This document shows, piece after piece, positions 25,462-37,900 of a DNA stretch of 64,000 bases. The first letter of the stretch is position 1; the number at the start of each line of letters is the position of its first letter. The notes below the pieces were generated by a model. That model saw only the letters and a program-made list of their open reading frames with translations. It was not told the origin of the DNA and did not search any database. Origin of the DNA: a virus; IMG/VR virus record IMGVR_UViG_3300030117_006323, positions 1 through 64,000 of that record, one strand, 5' to 3'. A program made the position numbers and the translations under genes.

Positions 25462-26861
25462 ACCACCACTTGTTTGACCCACGCAGAGCCAGTGTACACG
25501 AAGCGACCATACTTGCCATTGGTGATGGCTACACCGATTCCACTGCTGTCAAATGTAATCGTATTAGACCCGCCTGTGTGAGTGACTTCGACAGTGTGTC
25601 CCGGAGGGAATGTACCACTAGGGTTCAGATTGAGATTGCCGCTTGCATTGATTAGCCAGATGTCAAAACCATCGAAGGTGAAGGTTTGAGCAGAGCCAGT
25701 TGTGAGAGCGTTCACTTTGCTCGGCCCTAGCCTCCATGTGTGCCTCCCGCCACCAGTAGCAGTCACAATCAATTTGGCGTTACTGCCACCGCCTGATACA
25801 GTAAGAATGTCACCTACTTGGTAATTAGTGCCACCAGCCGCTACAGCAGTGATTGCATTGATAGCCCCAGAATTGACCGTATAGGTCACTGTACAGCCAC
25901 TACCGGGCCCAGCCCCTACCGAGGTAGCAACGCCAGAGCCAGCGCTGTATCCTGAGCCTGCACTGCCCGTTACGATTGCTACAGCGGTCACAGCCCCTGC
26001 TTGCTTTGCTGAGAAGTATAGATTCTGGCCACCTGTGACAGCATCATGACTCAACCAAAGGGCACCGAAGTCACAATCCGAATCAGCGAGAGAGCCAACT
26101 GCATCTCCGCCCCCGTGTAAGTTGTTTAGGTCGGTTACACTATCTACTGAAGCGGCAGTGGTGACTGCTTTCATGGGGTGTAAGTACATCGGGCCACCAT
26201 TGAGGAAATGCCTCTTGTCATTACCTTCAGCCAAGGTGATTTTATCACTTCCACCACCAGCATTGTATGTAGCACGTACAACCGCTAGAACGACAGATTG
26301 CATGTTGCTGAGAGTATCATTGTGTGGGTCTGATAGATAGTCCGAAGGACTGTCGGCATAGGATGCTATGGAAGTAGTCACAGGAGTGCCTTGCATGTAA
26401 CAAATGTGACCCGTAGCACCACCACCAGTACCGCTAGTATCTCCGTCTGCGCAAATATAGATGGTGTACAGCACTTCTTGCCCTGACTCTAGAGCGACAC
26501 TACCTCCATTTGTTCTATCGTATTTGTATCCGTTTTGTCCTGTCCCTCCTGAAGCGTTAAGACCGAATGTGAGTTGATTACCGGGGCCATTAGCGAATGA
26601 ATAAACAAGCCCGTCAAGTACACAAAAACCACCTTGGATGGTGACATCGGTCCCAGATACAGTCACTGCTCCCGGTAATTTCTCAGGAGTATTACGGTCC
26701 GCATGAGCAGCGTTTCCATCAGATTGGAGAAGTATGCCATTGCCGTGCACACCTTCATACGGATTGGTGATAGAAGCACTCAAAATATGGTCTCCATCTC
26801 GCAAGCCGTCAATTGTATTTGTCAAGACAGCGTCGGTGTGCCCAGAGAGTGGATTAGGCAT
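25458..26861 (-). CDS. putative tail fibre/baseplate structural protein
   Basis: Gly/Thr-rich beta protein with a GSGY module, located in the tail module. Confidence 0.55.
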   Translation of the reverse strand: MPNPLSGHTDAVLTNTIDGLRDGDHILSASITNPYEGVHGNGILLQSDGNAAHADRNTPEKLPGAVTVSGTDVTIQGGFCVLDGLVYSFANGPGNQLTFGLNASGGTGQNGYKYDRTNGGSVALESGQEVLYTIYICADGDTSGTGGGATGHICYMQGTPVTTSIASYADSPSDYLSDPHNDTLSNMQSVVLAVVRATYNAGGGSDKITLAEGNDKRHFLNGGPMYLHPMKAVTTAASVDSVTDLNNLHGGGDAVGSLADSDCDFGALWLSHDAVTGGQNLYFSAKQAGAVTAVAIVTGSAGSGYSAGSGVATSVGAGPGSGCTVTYTVNSGAINAITAVAAGGTNYQVGDILTVSGGGSNAKLIVTATGGGRHTWRLGPSKVNALTTGSAQTFTFDGFDIWLINASGNLNLNPSGTFPPGHTVEVTHTGGSNTITFDSSGIGVAITNGKYGRFVYTGSAWVKQVVV

Positions 26862-27208
26862 TATGCTACCTCCATGATAATTTGTATCACATATTCATTT
26901 AAGGCTGTTTTGGTGAGATTAGGCATATTGAATCTAGCGATGGGTGTGTAAGTCCCATCTGTGGCCCGATGCTGGAGAAAAACTTCTGAAATGGATTCAT
27001 CGAACTCATACTGTGTCCCCATCTTTGCTTCCACTAGTAACATGGTGTCGTTGAAAATTTTGACAGTCGGAGTCAACTTGGTGACGGGCCTTCCTGCTGC
27101 TGTATCGTCCGCTGTGGCAAAGGATGAATCAAATCCTAGTACCATTTCATTGATATTATTGGCTAAAGTTTCAATCAGTAATCTTTTGGCTCGATTTACG
27201 ATGGGCAT
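26861..27208 (-). CDS. putative tail/baseplate protein
   Basis: Coupled ORF in the tail module. Confidence 0.55.
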   Translation of the reverse strand: MPIVNRAKRLLIETLANNINEMVLGFDSSFATADDTAAGRPVTKLTPTVKIFNDTMLLVEAKMGTQYEFDESISEVFLQHRATDGTYTPIARFNMPNLTKTALNEYVIQIIMEVA

Positions 27209-28926
27209 TACGCAATACCTCCTTGTTTGACATTTATTGATTTAGATGACCCAATCTCTTCTGCTATTGTGTTGAGGCCATGTGGCTTAGTTGGGATGGA
27301 GCATTGGAATCCTGAACCTCCAGAAGGGGATACAGCATGTTGAGTTAGATTGGCACCTAAAGTGTAGAGCGTACCAGCGACAGTAATTACTGCTTTCTCA
27401 ACTGCACCGGAGCCATCCACATCTTTCACTTTGACTTGCATTTTAGTGGAACTAGAGGCGGCGTTTGTCAATGTGATAACATCATTTACAGAATAACCAG
27501 ACCCACCTGCTGTGATTGTAATTAAACCACAACCGCCTTCGGGTGGTGTTGCTATGTAGATATTTTTCCTCCCGATAACTGACCTTGTGCCACTTCCAAT
27601 CAATTTCTTCCGATTAGATACTAATCTCCCTGAAGCGAGGATATATACACCAGTAAATATGTTACCGTCGAAAGATAAAACTTCTTGAGAAGTACCTGAA
27701 GTCACATCTTCAATTAACTTTTCATCATTAAATACACCATCTTCTATGAATTGATTATACATTTCATGTGTTGAAAAACCATCTGTAATAACAAGGTCTG
27801 TTGTCCGGTTTTTTAACTTATGTGTCACTTTAGAGACCATTTTTGTTTGGTTGTTTATTTTAATTAAATCACCTGCGTTTAGCGATTGGTTGTCTATTGA
27901 ATTCGTGACTATGACTGATGATTCACTCTTATTATTTTGCGATAAAATTTCTCTACCAATTCGTCGTGCTGATGACATATTTTTGATGGTCGGGTCCACA
28001 ATAATACCTCCATCTTTTGTCGAAGTAGAGCCATCTCTATTGTATTGATTAACCGGATTGCTAACTGTTGATTGTACATTGAAATTTAAACCCCTCTGTT
28101 TACCTACAATGGTCACACGGTCCATAGAAGGGGTTTTGTGAACTTGCTGTATTCTTGCATCCAAAATGTTCAAAGTTTTAGGCTCTTCTCCAGATTGAAT
28201 TTTAGTATATGACAGATTACCAAATTTATCGTGTTTGACCATTCTCTTGTCATGCTTTCCGATAAAACGTAAAGCCGATATGAGATTGGTTTTGTAAAAA
28301 TCATGGGCCAAGAAAGTTTGACTGTGGCTAATTTTCTCTTGGATTACAGCGTAAGGTGTTGTTTTACGTGAGAGATTGATTGAAGTTAAAACGTCATCAA
28401 TAGCGGTGACTGCTAATTTCATAGCAAGGTCAGTAGTTCTGAGACCTACATCTATCTCATGCCCTAAACGGACAGAGCCTTCTTCAAAACCAATTGTCTG
28501 CAATGTCTGCCCTTTCATATTGGGTAGAGTCAATCGGCTCCCGAGGTTGGTGGATTCGACAGAATCAGCGACGATTCTTTCGCTGTAATCTTCAGAACCA
28601 TACATCACAACAGGCAAAGTGGCACCAGTGCTCAATTTCTCCCCTGCGAAATATACATCGCCTTCATAGAAATGACCGGGTTTTTGTGTGTGTACTAAGC
28701 GGACAGCGCTTTCCTCTTCGACGACTTGATAAGTGCGCTCTGAGGCTACTTGGAATGAATTCTTCGCAGCAGGTGTAACAGCCATCTTTTGGCTAGAATT
28801 ACCAGTCGCGTAGATGGCGTGATGTACACAGTTATCTACGAACACGGGAGTGCGGGCTACCTTCATGATAGTAGGTTGGTCGGCATCCGACCTCCCAGTT
28901 CTCCCGTTTGACACTACGTTGCCCAT
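27208..28926 (-). CDS. putative baseplate hub/tail-tip protein (probable start 28926)
   Basis: GGAGAGTG SD before MGNVV; hub-like DKFGNL.Y…A…IL…GD.I pattern; GGSGY module. Confidence 0.5.
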   Translation of the reverse strand: MGNVVSNGRTGRSDADQPTIMKVARTPVFVDNCVHHAIYATGNSSQKMAVTPAAKNSFQVASERTYQVVEEESAVRLVHTQKPGHFYEGDVYFAGEKLSTGATLPVVMYGSEDYSERIVADSVESTNLGSRLTLPNMKGQTLQTIGFEEGSVRLGHEIDVGLRTTDLAMKLAVTAIDDVLTSINLSRKTTPYAVIQEKISHSQTFLAHDFYKTNLISALRFIGKHDKRMVKHDKFGNLSYTKIQSGEEPKTLNILDARIQQVHKTPSMDRVTIVGKQRGLNFNVQSTVSNPVNQYNRDGSTSTKDGGIIVDPTIKNMSSARRIGREILSQNNKSESSVIVTNSIDNQSLNAGDLIKINNQTKMVSKVTHKLKNRTTDLVITDGFSTHEMYNQFIEDGVFNDEKLIEDVTSGTSQEVLSFDGNIFTGVYILASGRLVSNRKKLIGSGTRSVIGRKNIYIATPPEGGCGLITITAGGSGYSVNDVITLTNAASSSTKMQVKVKDVDGSGAVEKAVITVAGTLYTLGANLTQHAVSPSGGSGFQCSIPTKPHGLNTIAEEIGSSKSINVKQGGIA

Positions 28927-28930
28927 TGTA

Positions 28931-31900
28931 TCACTCTCCGCTGTGGTCTCCTGTGTTATAAGATGCAGTCCCTTCTTCACCCTTAGCGTGTAGAGTTTGG
29001 CTGTGTCTAGGTTGAACACTGTAATCTCTACGTGTGATGCTAGAACCATCGGCATCTGTCGAGTAGAATCGTCGCCGTGGAGCGTCACTACGGAAATGCT
29101 CTAGTGTGTTTTCTGTGATAAGAATACGCGCTACTGTTTTGTCAAGAGCCACGCTGTAACCACTCACATCAGCACCGGGGATATTGGGGCCACTCGATAG
29201 ACTGAGAGTTGGGGCAGCCGAATCAATTGTGTAAGATGGTGAATAGGGTGGGCTGACTGGTGTAACAGTACCTGTGCGAGCATTCGGCATATCATAATTG
29301 AACAGACCGTATTTACCACCAGATGTTGAACGATAAGCATCATTCCCATCTTGGGGTGTGCTACTCTTTGTGACAGAATCAGCCCGGAATATTTCTACGT
29401 GTCTGTTGTCTAACACTCGGCTTGGCCTCAATAGGAATCTCACCGTCTTGTCAAAGTAATTCATCTGTGTCCCAGATACCGCATTGTGTGTACCTGCTGT
29501 GCTACTTACTACAGGTCCATCTTGATACGGGTTAGAAGGATTCCATGATTTGAATGTGGATGTGCTGCCAATGCCGTATTTTGAAGCAAGATATGCTTCG
29601 ACTTGTTCAATTTCAGTTGTGGATAGAGCGCGATTGTATTGAATGATTTCAGCCATATCGCCATTCAATTGATATGACGATGTAGCATTCGTTCCTAATT
29701 GCGATGCATCTGCTGTAGATTTGTAGAAGTTGGCGCTTTGTGTACCAACTTGTACGCCATCTACTCTGAATAATTGTGTAGCAGATGCGCCAGCCCCATT
29801 TCCTCCACTCACTTGACCGACTAGTATGGAAGGTACTCCGCTAGTAGAAGCACTGTCACCACTTGCCGACAATGCCTTCCAAGAAGAGTCAGCGCCCACC
29901 CAGAATTCCCAATTGTTATTGCCGCCAGTATTTCTCATATCAGCGTAGAAGTTGAAGCCAGAGCGAGTAACTGGACTACTACTTCGGCTGTCAATAATTG
30001 CTTCAATGGCGTCAGTGTCGGAACTTACGGCTGTAACAATGAAAACAGTGAATTCGTTAGTATTCAAACCAGCGTCAAAGTTGAGTGCGAGTTTATCTGA
30101 ACCGTCGAAATTGACTACAGGCTTGCTGTTGAAATCTGAATCAGATGCTACATACGAAGGTTGTAAACTGCTAGTTGATTGTGTGAAGTGTCTTGAATTG
30201 CCGGACAAATCGTCCCATTGTGTCACCGCTGCTCCGCCAGCCAAATCGAGAGAATCAGATTTTAGCCACAATGCCAAGCCACTCAACGGCATTTGTTGCC
30301 CCCAACCTGAGTCATCGAATGGTTGAGCGTAGTTACGAACTTCCAACACATACGTTCCACCCAGTGGCCACATAGCATGCGCGTTGGATAAACGGACAAC
30401 CGCAGCATCTGGCTGTGTAGCCCATGTAGGAGTGGTGAGGTCGAAGTGAGTCAATGTTGTACTACCTGCATTGAATGCTCCTCTTAGCGAGAGTCGTTGC
30501 CCGACCTCCTTGTCTGTGTGTAGGCTATGTGCTTGCGTGGACATGGCGATATGGTCAGTTTCTTGGCCACCCGAAATCGCTTCAATAGTTTCAACATCCA
30601 AACCAATACGAGGGGCGCTTCTAGACATTGGGTCAGCCAATGTGACACCGCCAATAGTGAATGTACCTGAGACAGTTTCGACCTTTTCGCTAACGTTTGC
30701 TTCCGGCTTGAGTAAACCATCTTGGGCTACACCTAATCTAGCGCTGATACCTCTAGGTATTTCTGTTGATGCAGGTGCCGAATTAGCAGGTCTGAGATAA
30801 CCAGTAGTGAAGGGAGGTTCGGCTGTGCTATGTGATAGAACTAGACCTGCTGGTAGTAAATCTTCAGAGATGTCATGCAACAAACTCTCATTGAATACAG
30901 TTGGCCAACGCATGCCCCGGCCATCACCACGGTCTCCAATACGTTGCGCTCTCTTTGGATTGAACCAATCAACCCGGGTCATATCTGAATTGTTAGTTGA
31001 ATTGGTTGTTCCTTCTTGCTCTGTTTTGTAAGAAGCGCCGTCATCATGCCATAAGTCAGTTGCACTTGGTTTGAGATTAGCATAGGCGTCGTCGGTGTAT
31101 GCTTCTTCTGGGTCCCAAGCCGGACGAATTCCGAACCCACGTGCAGGGAATCTACGGACATCTTCACCGCGAGTGTTACCCCACCAATCGACAAGATAGA
31201 ATCTGTGGGCTTCTGCAATTTCATCAATGCCTAGTCCAGAATCATCGCCGGGATATTTTTTGCGGACAGTAGATGCATTTCTGACTGTTCTAGTAGGACA
31301 ACCGAAAGGTCGTGTCATACGCCTACCGTGACTGTATCTCACTTGACGCATTGTCTGGTCATTACCAAGCATAGCGGTGGCTTGTGTTTGCCTTTCTAAG
31401 ATGCCAGCGTTAGTGGCATTCCAAACGATGTCCGCAGCCCCACTTAAGCCAGCGTCTGCGTTTTCTTTCCAACCACCCGAAGCCTGAGTCCGGCTGTCTT
31501 GAGCGACAAACGGGCCATGGGAGTATCCTGTCATATTGTACTCGGCTGAAGAACTGTGCCCGCCTGTGAAAGAGGTGTGTGTTGTGTTGTCCAATGTTGA
31601 TACAATGACAGTATTACCCGCAGAACCAGCGACATTTTGAGTGAACGTCAGAGTGCCAGCCCCATCATCAGCGACTAAGATTTTGCCATTATGACCAGAT
31701 GCATGTTCAACAGCGCCCTTCAGAGAAGTAGCATTTGCGGCAGCGCCTCCATTGGCGTCGAATTGATTTGAAGCAAACGCCGCTGTGTTTTTGGCTGTGT
31801 ATGTTTTGGTCGTCCCGTCTGTTGAGATGAGGATGATTGTTCTGTCTGTAGTCGGGTCACCTGTGAATGTGATACTGGCTGTTGCCGCTGTCTCTTCTAC

Positions 31901-34900
31901 TTCATCTATGCCACGAATACCGGGTGACCAACGAGGTCGATTAAAAGGCGGACGGACGGCGAATCTATAACCAAAGCAATATTGACGGTCATGCTCTAAA
32001 GTGGATAGCAAAGTGTGTGTGCCTGAGAATTGTGTGACAGTAGTGTTGGCCAAGTTAGACACTATCAAAGATTGATTCTTTACTTCTGAAGGAGTATCCG
32101 TCAAAGTCAATACACCCGAGGCTCTTGTTACATCAATCTCGCCGTTGTGCCCAGAAGCGTGCTTAATTGCCAATAACAATGATTCGGCGACATCAGCATT
32201 GGTGTTATCAACACTAAACTGATTCGATGTTATCGTGGCGCTACCTGATACCGCAGTGTATGTTTTGGTTGTTTTCGCTGCTGACGTAATTACAATTGTG
32301 TTACCAGCACTAGGTTTACTGGCTCCTATGTTAATCGAAGCGAGTAGCAACTGGTCAATACCTCCAGTCGATGTATCATACGAATATGGAGTACATTCCA
32401 TCCCGTAATCATTGTCACCCCAACCTGCCTTGATGTACCCATAGCCATCTAATCTGCTACCAGCAGGGCCACCACGACTACCACCGGGCCAGAACCCAAC
32501 GTATTGCCTTGAGCCATCTCCTTGGTGGTTAGTCAAATCACTAGCATTTTGTGCGGTACCATCGCTTGCAGGTGCTTGTCCTTTCATATCAAACGAGAAT
32601 GGCCCCTTACTGATACTGTAAAGGAAATCGTGATAATGGATTGTCTCAAAATGTTCTGGGATGTGATTGAGCCCTTTCTTATCTTGCGGTGTATCAGCGG
32701 CCCCTGTGTTCGTGTAGAAGGTGCGTCCTGTGTCACTGTAGAAAGTGTAAGGACGGCCTAAATTTGGATGCCAGAGGCACAAGAAAGCATCTGCTTGATG
32801 CAAACTGTTAGTGTCTCTGCTACCGTGGTATGTTTGGGGTAGAACACGAGTAATAGCACTGGTTGTAGATGCTTGGAAAATTGAACCTGCCGGAGTAGTA
32901 TCGTAAGGCCGTGAAAGACGTAGGATTTCGGCTGCCGCCAATTTAGTCCAAAACGCAGGAGTCACAGCAATGACATTCTCAAATTTAGTCGGACCTACTT
33001 CCAATGAATGGCTTTTCGTGCCAGTTCGATGTGTGTAAGTAGCCGTTTGTCGGGACCCTTCGTTGTCAATGTATTCTAGAACTTCCCCATAGAAGGAATC
33101 TACTGGGAATAATTCGTTATTATCTACGGTGATAGTTCGGTTTGTCGAACTCAAAGACAGTACAACACAATGTGGGTTTAGGCTACGGGCACGGAAATGG
33201 TTTTCGTAGATGTCAGGATAAATTGAGGGATAGCCCGCCAATGTAATTTGACATCCGACAGCCCCGTAAGTTGCTCTACAAAATTGATAATAGTCATCTG
33301 GCTTATGCCATTCATTGAACACATAACCAGACGCTATACTACTAGTCGGTTTGGAACGATGGAGAATAGCCCACCATGGCACAGTAAGAGTGTAACCGGG
33401 AGTTGCTCTTTCAAATGTTCCCGGTCGATAAGGCAAACTCCGCCTACTGAATGGTGGAGAAGTATTTTCGTTGACTCCAATTGGATTATACAGACCTAAT
33501 GTAGGGATGTTTGTGAATTGACTGCCGGGGTCAGGGTCTAAATCTAGCATGACCTCATTGATGAAAATTTCACATCCTCGCGTATCTGCCATTGTTGCTT
33601 CTGCCAACAACAAACCAACAGCCCCTGTCGAACCCGCTGCATCATGCTCTAATCCGATGACCAAATTGACTTGTTGCCCGGTCAACTCAACAGCCGAACC
33701 ATCAGGTAAAGCAGTAGCCGCTCCATTTCGATGGAATCCGCTAAATTGTTGTTTGTGCAAATTAGGCTGTATGATAATTTGGTAGGCTCCGACTTCAATG
33801 GGGTCAGGGAAATGTGGTTTGAGACTGTAAGTCCCAGCCGCTTCTAGATAGATAATGTGTTTACCAGCCGCATTGGCAGTACCTGCTGCTCCTTTAGAGG
33901 CAGCAATGCCGTATCCATCATAAGCAACTTTTGTCTCTGTGAGTAAGGTAAACGCACCACCGTGAATATCACTTGGGCGCAAAGCACTGCTTGGAGTGGA
34001 GAACCAAACCAGTGGGTCTCTTACAGGTATGTTTGTAATGGCCAATGAAGTATCATCATCAATTGCTGTTTTGCTTGAAGAGCGGCAACCATAGTGGAGA
34101 TTGAATGCTCTCTCATAAGCAGGGTGGGAGAAATGTCCGGGCATAACCATCATACTTGGAGTGACATAATGATGGCCCATGCGGGGAATAGGCATTGGTG
34201 TAAGTTTTGGTTTAGTCAGAAGAGTCACTGGATTAGTCTCTGTCCAATCTAATCGTTTAGCGTCAGGGCTGTTTCCTGAAATTTCACTGTGGTCACGTAA
34301 ACGTCGAGCAGCGAAAAACCGATTAGAGCCCGCTGGAATATACCACGAAGGTTTGATGACTAAGCCTGTTTTACCGCTGATGAAGGTACTGAAATCTGGG
34401 TCGAAAACTACACCTGTGAAATTAGCACTTGAAATATTGGTGTATGAAAATAAAGCACCTTGACCTGTAGCATCTTCTACTCTAGCGAACCATCTACCAT
34501 CAGCCGTTTTCTCGCTGTCAATTTTCCAAACAGCCGCATTTGGAGATGAGCCCGCTGTAACCGTGTTAGTTCCACTGGAAGAGAAGGTTAGTGGGTCGGA
34601 TACAATAGAGCCAGAAGAAATTGCAGTAGGATTTCTACTTGAGCCAGTATGCCCCATCTTGGTAACATGGAAGAACAAAGTGCGGTCATGTTGTTCATAC
34701 GCAGTTTCTAATGGGTTACCATCAGTATGGTCATCCCAACCTTTGCTGTGTTGGTCAGGGAAAGCCAGTCTTGTTTCACCTGCTGTTAAAGAAGAGTCGT
34801 CAGCATCTTGGGAAATATGTTCCCAACCTTTGTTTTCCCAAGTAGGCCATCCTCTCGGTCCTTTAGCCGAATCCGTGAAAGTATCTGTAATACCTTGGAC

Positions 34901-37900
34901 GGGTTGAGCAGGATGCATCATGCCTCCACTGCCTAGAGTTTCATTTTGGTAAGACTGGATTCGGTCAAACCCACTACGAACAATGATGTTACCCGGTATT
35001 GTATCGGGGTCAGGCAAACGAATTCGCATGTTGGGTGCTAAACCACTGTTAGCCAATGTCGGTGAAAGCCCTTCTGAAGAACGGTCGCTGACTAATTCAA
35101 AATCACGGATAATTGTACCAAACGGAGACCCTCCTTCAATCACATGAATTTGACCTGTGTCGTCCATTACTTCTACACTTTCAAATTGAGTTTCTTCATT
35201 TGGAATAGTCAATACATTTTGCAACTCACTACCTACGGGTTGCTCTGCCAATTGAGGATGTGACAATTCTTGGGCTTGAATGATTGGGAACATGGCACTG
35301 TTAGTTGATTCAAAGGAGAAGCGGCAATTGCCGTAAATGGTTTCACCCATTGTGTAAGCATTGACACCCGACACTCTCGTAGTGAAAGGTACTGCTCCAA
35401 GCCCACGAGCATTGCAAGCAGGCATAGTAAGATTTCCACCATCCATACGTTTCCATACAATGTGCTCAATCGTGAAGTTACGGGCCGGAGAGCGAGCCGC
35501 CCAATAATTCCAAGGCTCCAAATCATCAGGCGGAGTGGCTGTTGTCCCTGATACATTACAATTTACAGAGAGGCTGTTTTTATCTGCATGTAAGCGATTA
35601 CTGTAAACGCTGCTTTCATCCCAAAATAAATCGCCTGTCGGTACTGCACAAGATGTCAATAACGACATCTGGCTCGCTGCTGTGACACGACTGTGCCAAT
35701 GTGATTCAGTACCTACGTTATTGTAACTAGCCGTGTTGGTGGGTTGTGTTTGCCCTGTGACAATTTGTGCCTCTACGTTAGGACCGGCGTTAGCAGGGGC
35801 CACATAACGGTCTAGGTTGAATACTTGGTCTGCCACTGCAATAGTACCACCAAACTCTTGAGTGTTCGATACACCACTCTTCACTTGTGCTGCATATAAC
35901 CAATCGCCTACACCCTTGGTACCATCTCTATCTGCTTTAGCAATCAACGCCAACTCTGATTCATACGTGACAGCCACTAAATGGCGAGGCGAAAGTCCTT
36001 GTGGGCAAACTGAATTGTATGTGTAATTCATAGTGCCTGATTCTCTGGATACAGGGATGACCGAACCTTGGCAAGTCGATGAAGCACCGTAAGGCGAGAA
36101 GCCCAAATATGGATGCCATGCACCCAAACCGGCTGCGTAAACCGCAGTAGATGCATCATCAGGATTTCTGAGGTCTAAACTGTTGAGGTAAGAATATCGT
36201 TCTCCGTGCCAACCGATTGCTCCGACCGCGCGAGTTCGGTCAATTGCATCCATCAATCCATTGAAATGAACTTGGCACATGTGATTTTGACTATTTGCTC
36301 CACTATTGGTTCTACCATTGTTGAAAATATGGGCACCTGCTTTTGTCCAAATGTAAACAGTTGCCTCAGCCTTAACCGCATTTACAGTAGAAGCAGTTGC
36401 TGCTGTGGCAGTATCTACAACACTTTCCTCCAGTTGTTTTGTGCCACCACGATTAACATCCAATGTCACTTGGAGATGGCCGGGGTTAGGCACAGTCATA
36501 GTATGGTACGGGGCATAAACAGCAGTAGCGCCTACACTATACGAAGCGACTCTTGCGGCACCGGAGCCATTGTCATTGCCACCTATTCCTACTCTCAACC
36601 AACCATAACGAGGTAATGGGGGTAAATCTGCTCCGTATGGATTCAGAAGGTTCAATCTGTAATTTGTCCCACTACCTCCAATCTGTTCATAGAAATCTGG
36701 GTTCCCACCTTCGCCAGCCATTTCCATTGCTGTGAATGCCTGCCAACCATAACGGTCTTGTTTGTGCCCTGTTTGGAAAGATGGTAAAAACGTACCACCG
36801 ATTGCTTTCAATGGGTCTCGGCCCGGCCATTCGTTGATTGAACAAGATAGAACAGCGGCCAACTCTTCTGCATTTTGTACTCTTGTGGCGTCTACAATGA
36901 CGAACTCTTCGGTAGAGTATGCACTTGTTGCACCATAGGAAGCAGCCAACAAACCGCTTACACGGAATGCACTAGGGTGTGATTTTGCAGTTCCATTGTG
37001 TGTCACTGTCCCGCTGTCTTTGTAATGAGGTGCATTGATGAGTACGTGTCTATCAAGGAAATGCCCACCGGGATGATACCCTCCATCCATGTGCCAGATA
37101 AAACCTGCATGCCGTAGTGAACTACCGATTAAAGAAGTGGGAGCGTAATCAAATGGGTGGGCGTATGGTGGCGGTGCATAACTGCCACTAGTGAAATGAG
37201 AACCGTAATACAATCCATCGTAAGGAGTTTGGTCGTATCCATGCACTGAAGCAGCAGACCGAACATTCGGTTTTCCTTGTGCAGGTTCCCAATTGTCAAC
37301 ATAATTCCAACCTTTTGCATTTCCAATTTGGAAATTAGCAGAAGGAGGTGTCAAAGTACCACCGCTGTGACGCCCATTAACATCACCGCTGGTCAAAGTG
37401 TTTGGTGTGAATTCACCAGCAGCACCTGACAATGTCTTAACTGTGTCTTTGCCTAAATTTGGTTGAATTGCTGCATTGTTGTGAGGGAAGGCTTGACCGG
37501 GGCCGAACACAATGTAAGTTGTTTTTCCACTGCTAGATGCATCGTGGCTGTACCTAGAATGAGAATGTGCAAATCTTAGAATCACAGGGCTGGGTATTGT
37601 GACCTTTGTGATATTGGCTCCTGCCCCGTATCCGTAATCAGAGTCCGAAGCCATGCCTGTTGTACCTGTTCTTGAGTTGTTACCCGCATCTAAATCGGGA
37701 GACAGAATACCATCTTGATTGTAGAAAGGTGGATTGTTTTCACCCTTGTGGTTATCGAGATAAGGTGTCCCGGGGAACATAGCCAACATGGCCGCACAAT
37801 CTACCAAACAATAGGAAGTAGATTTCTCCCCGATATTTTGTAGCCCCGCGCTACCTGTCGGCCCCTCTGAATACGGATGAGTGTAGAAATCACTGTAATC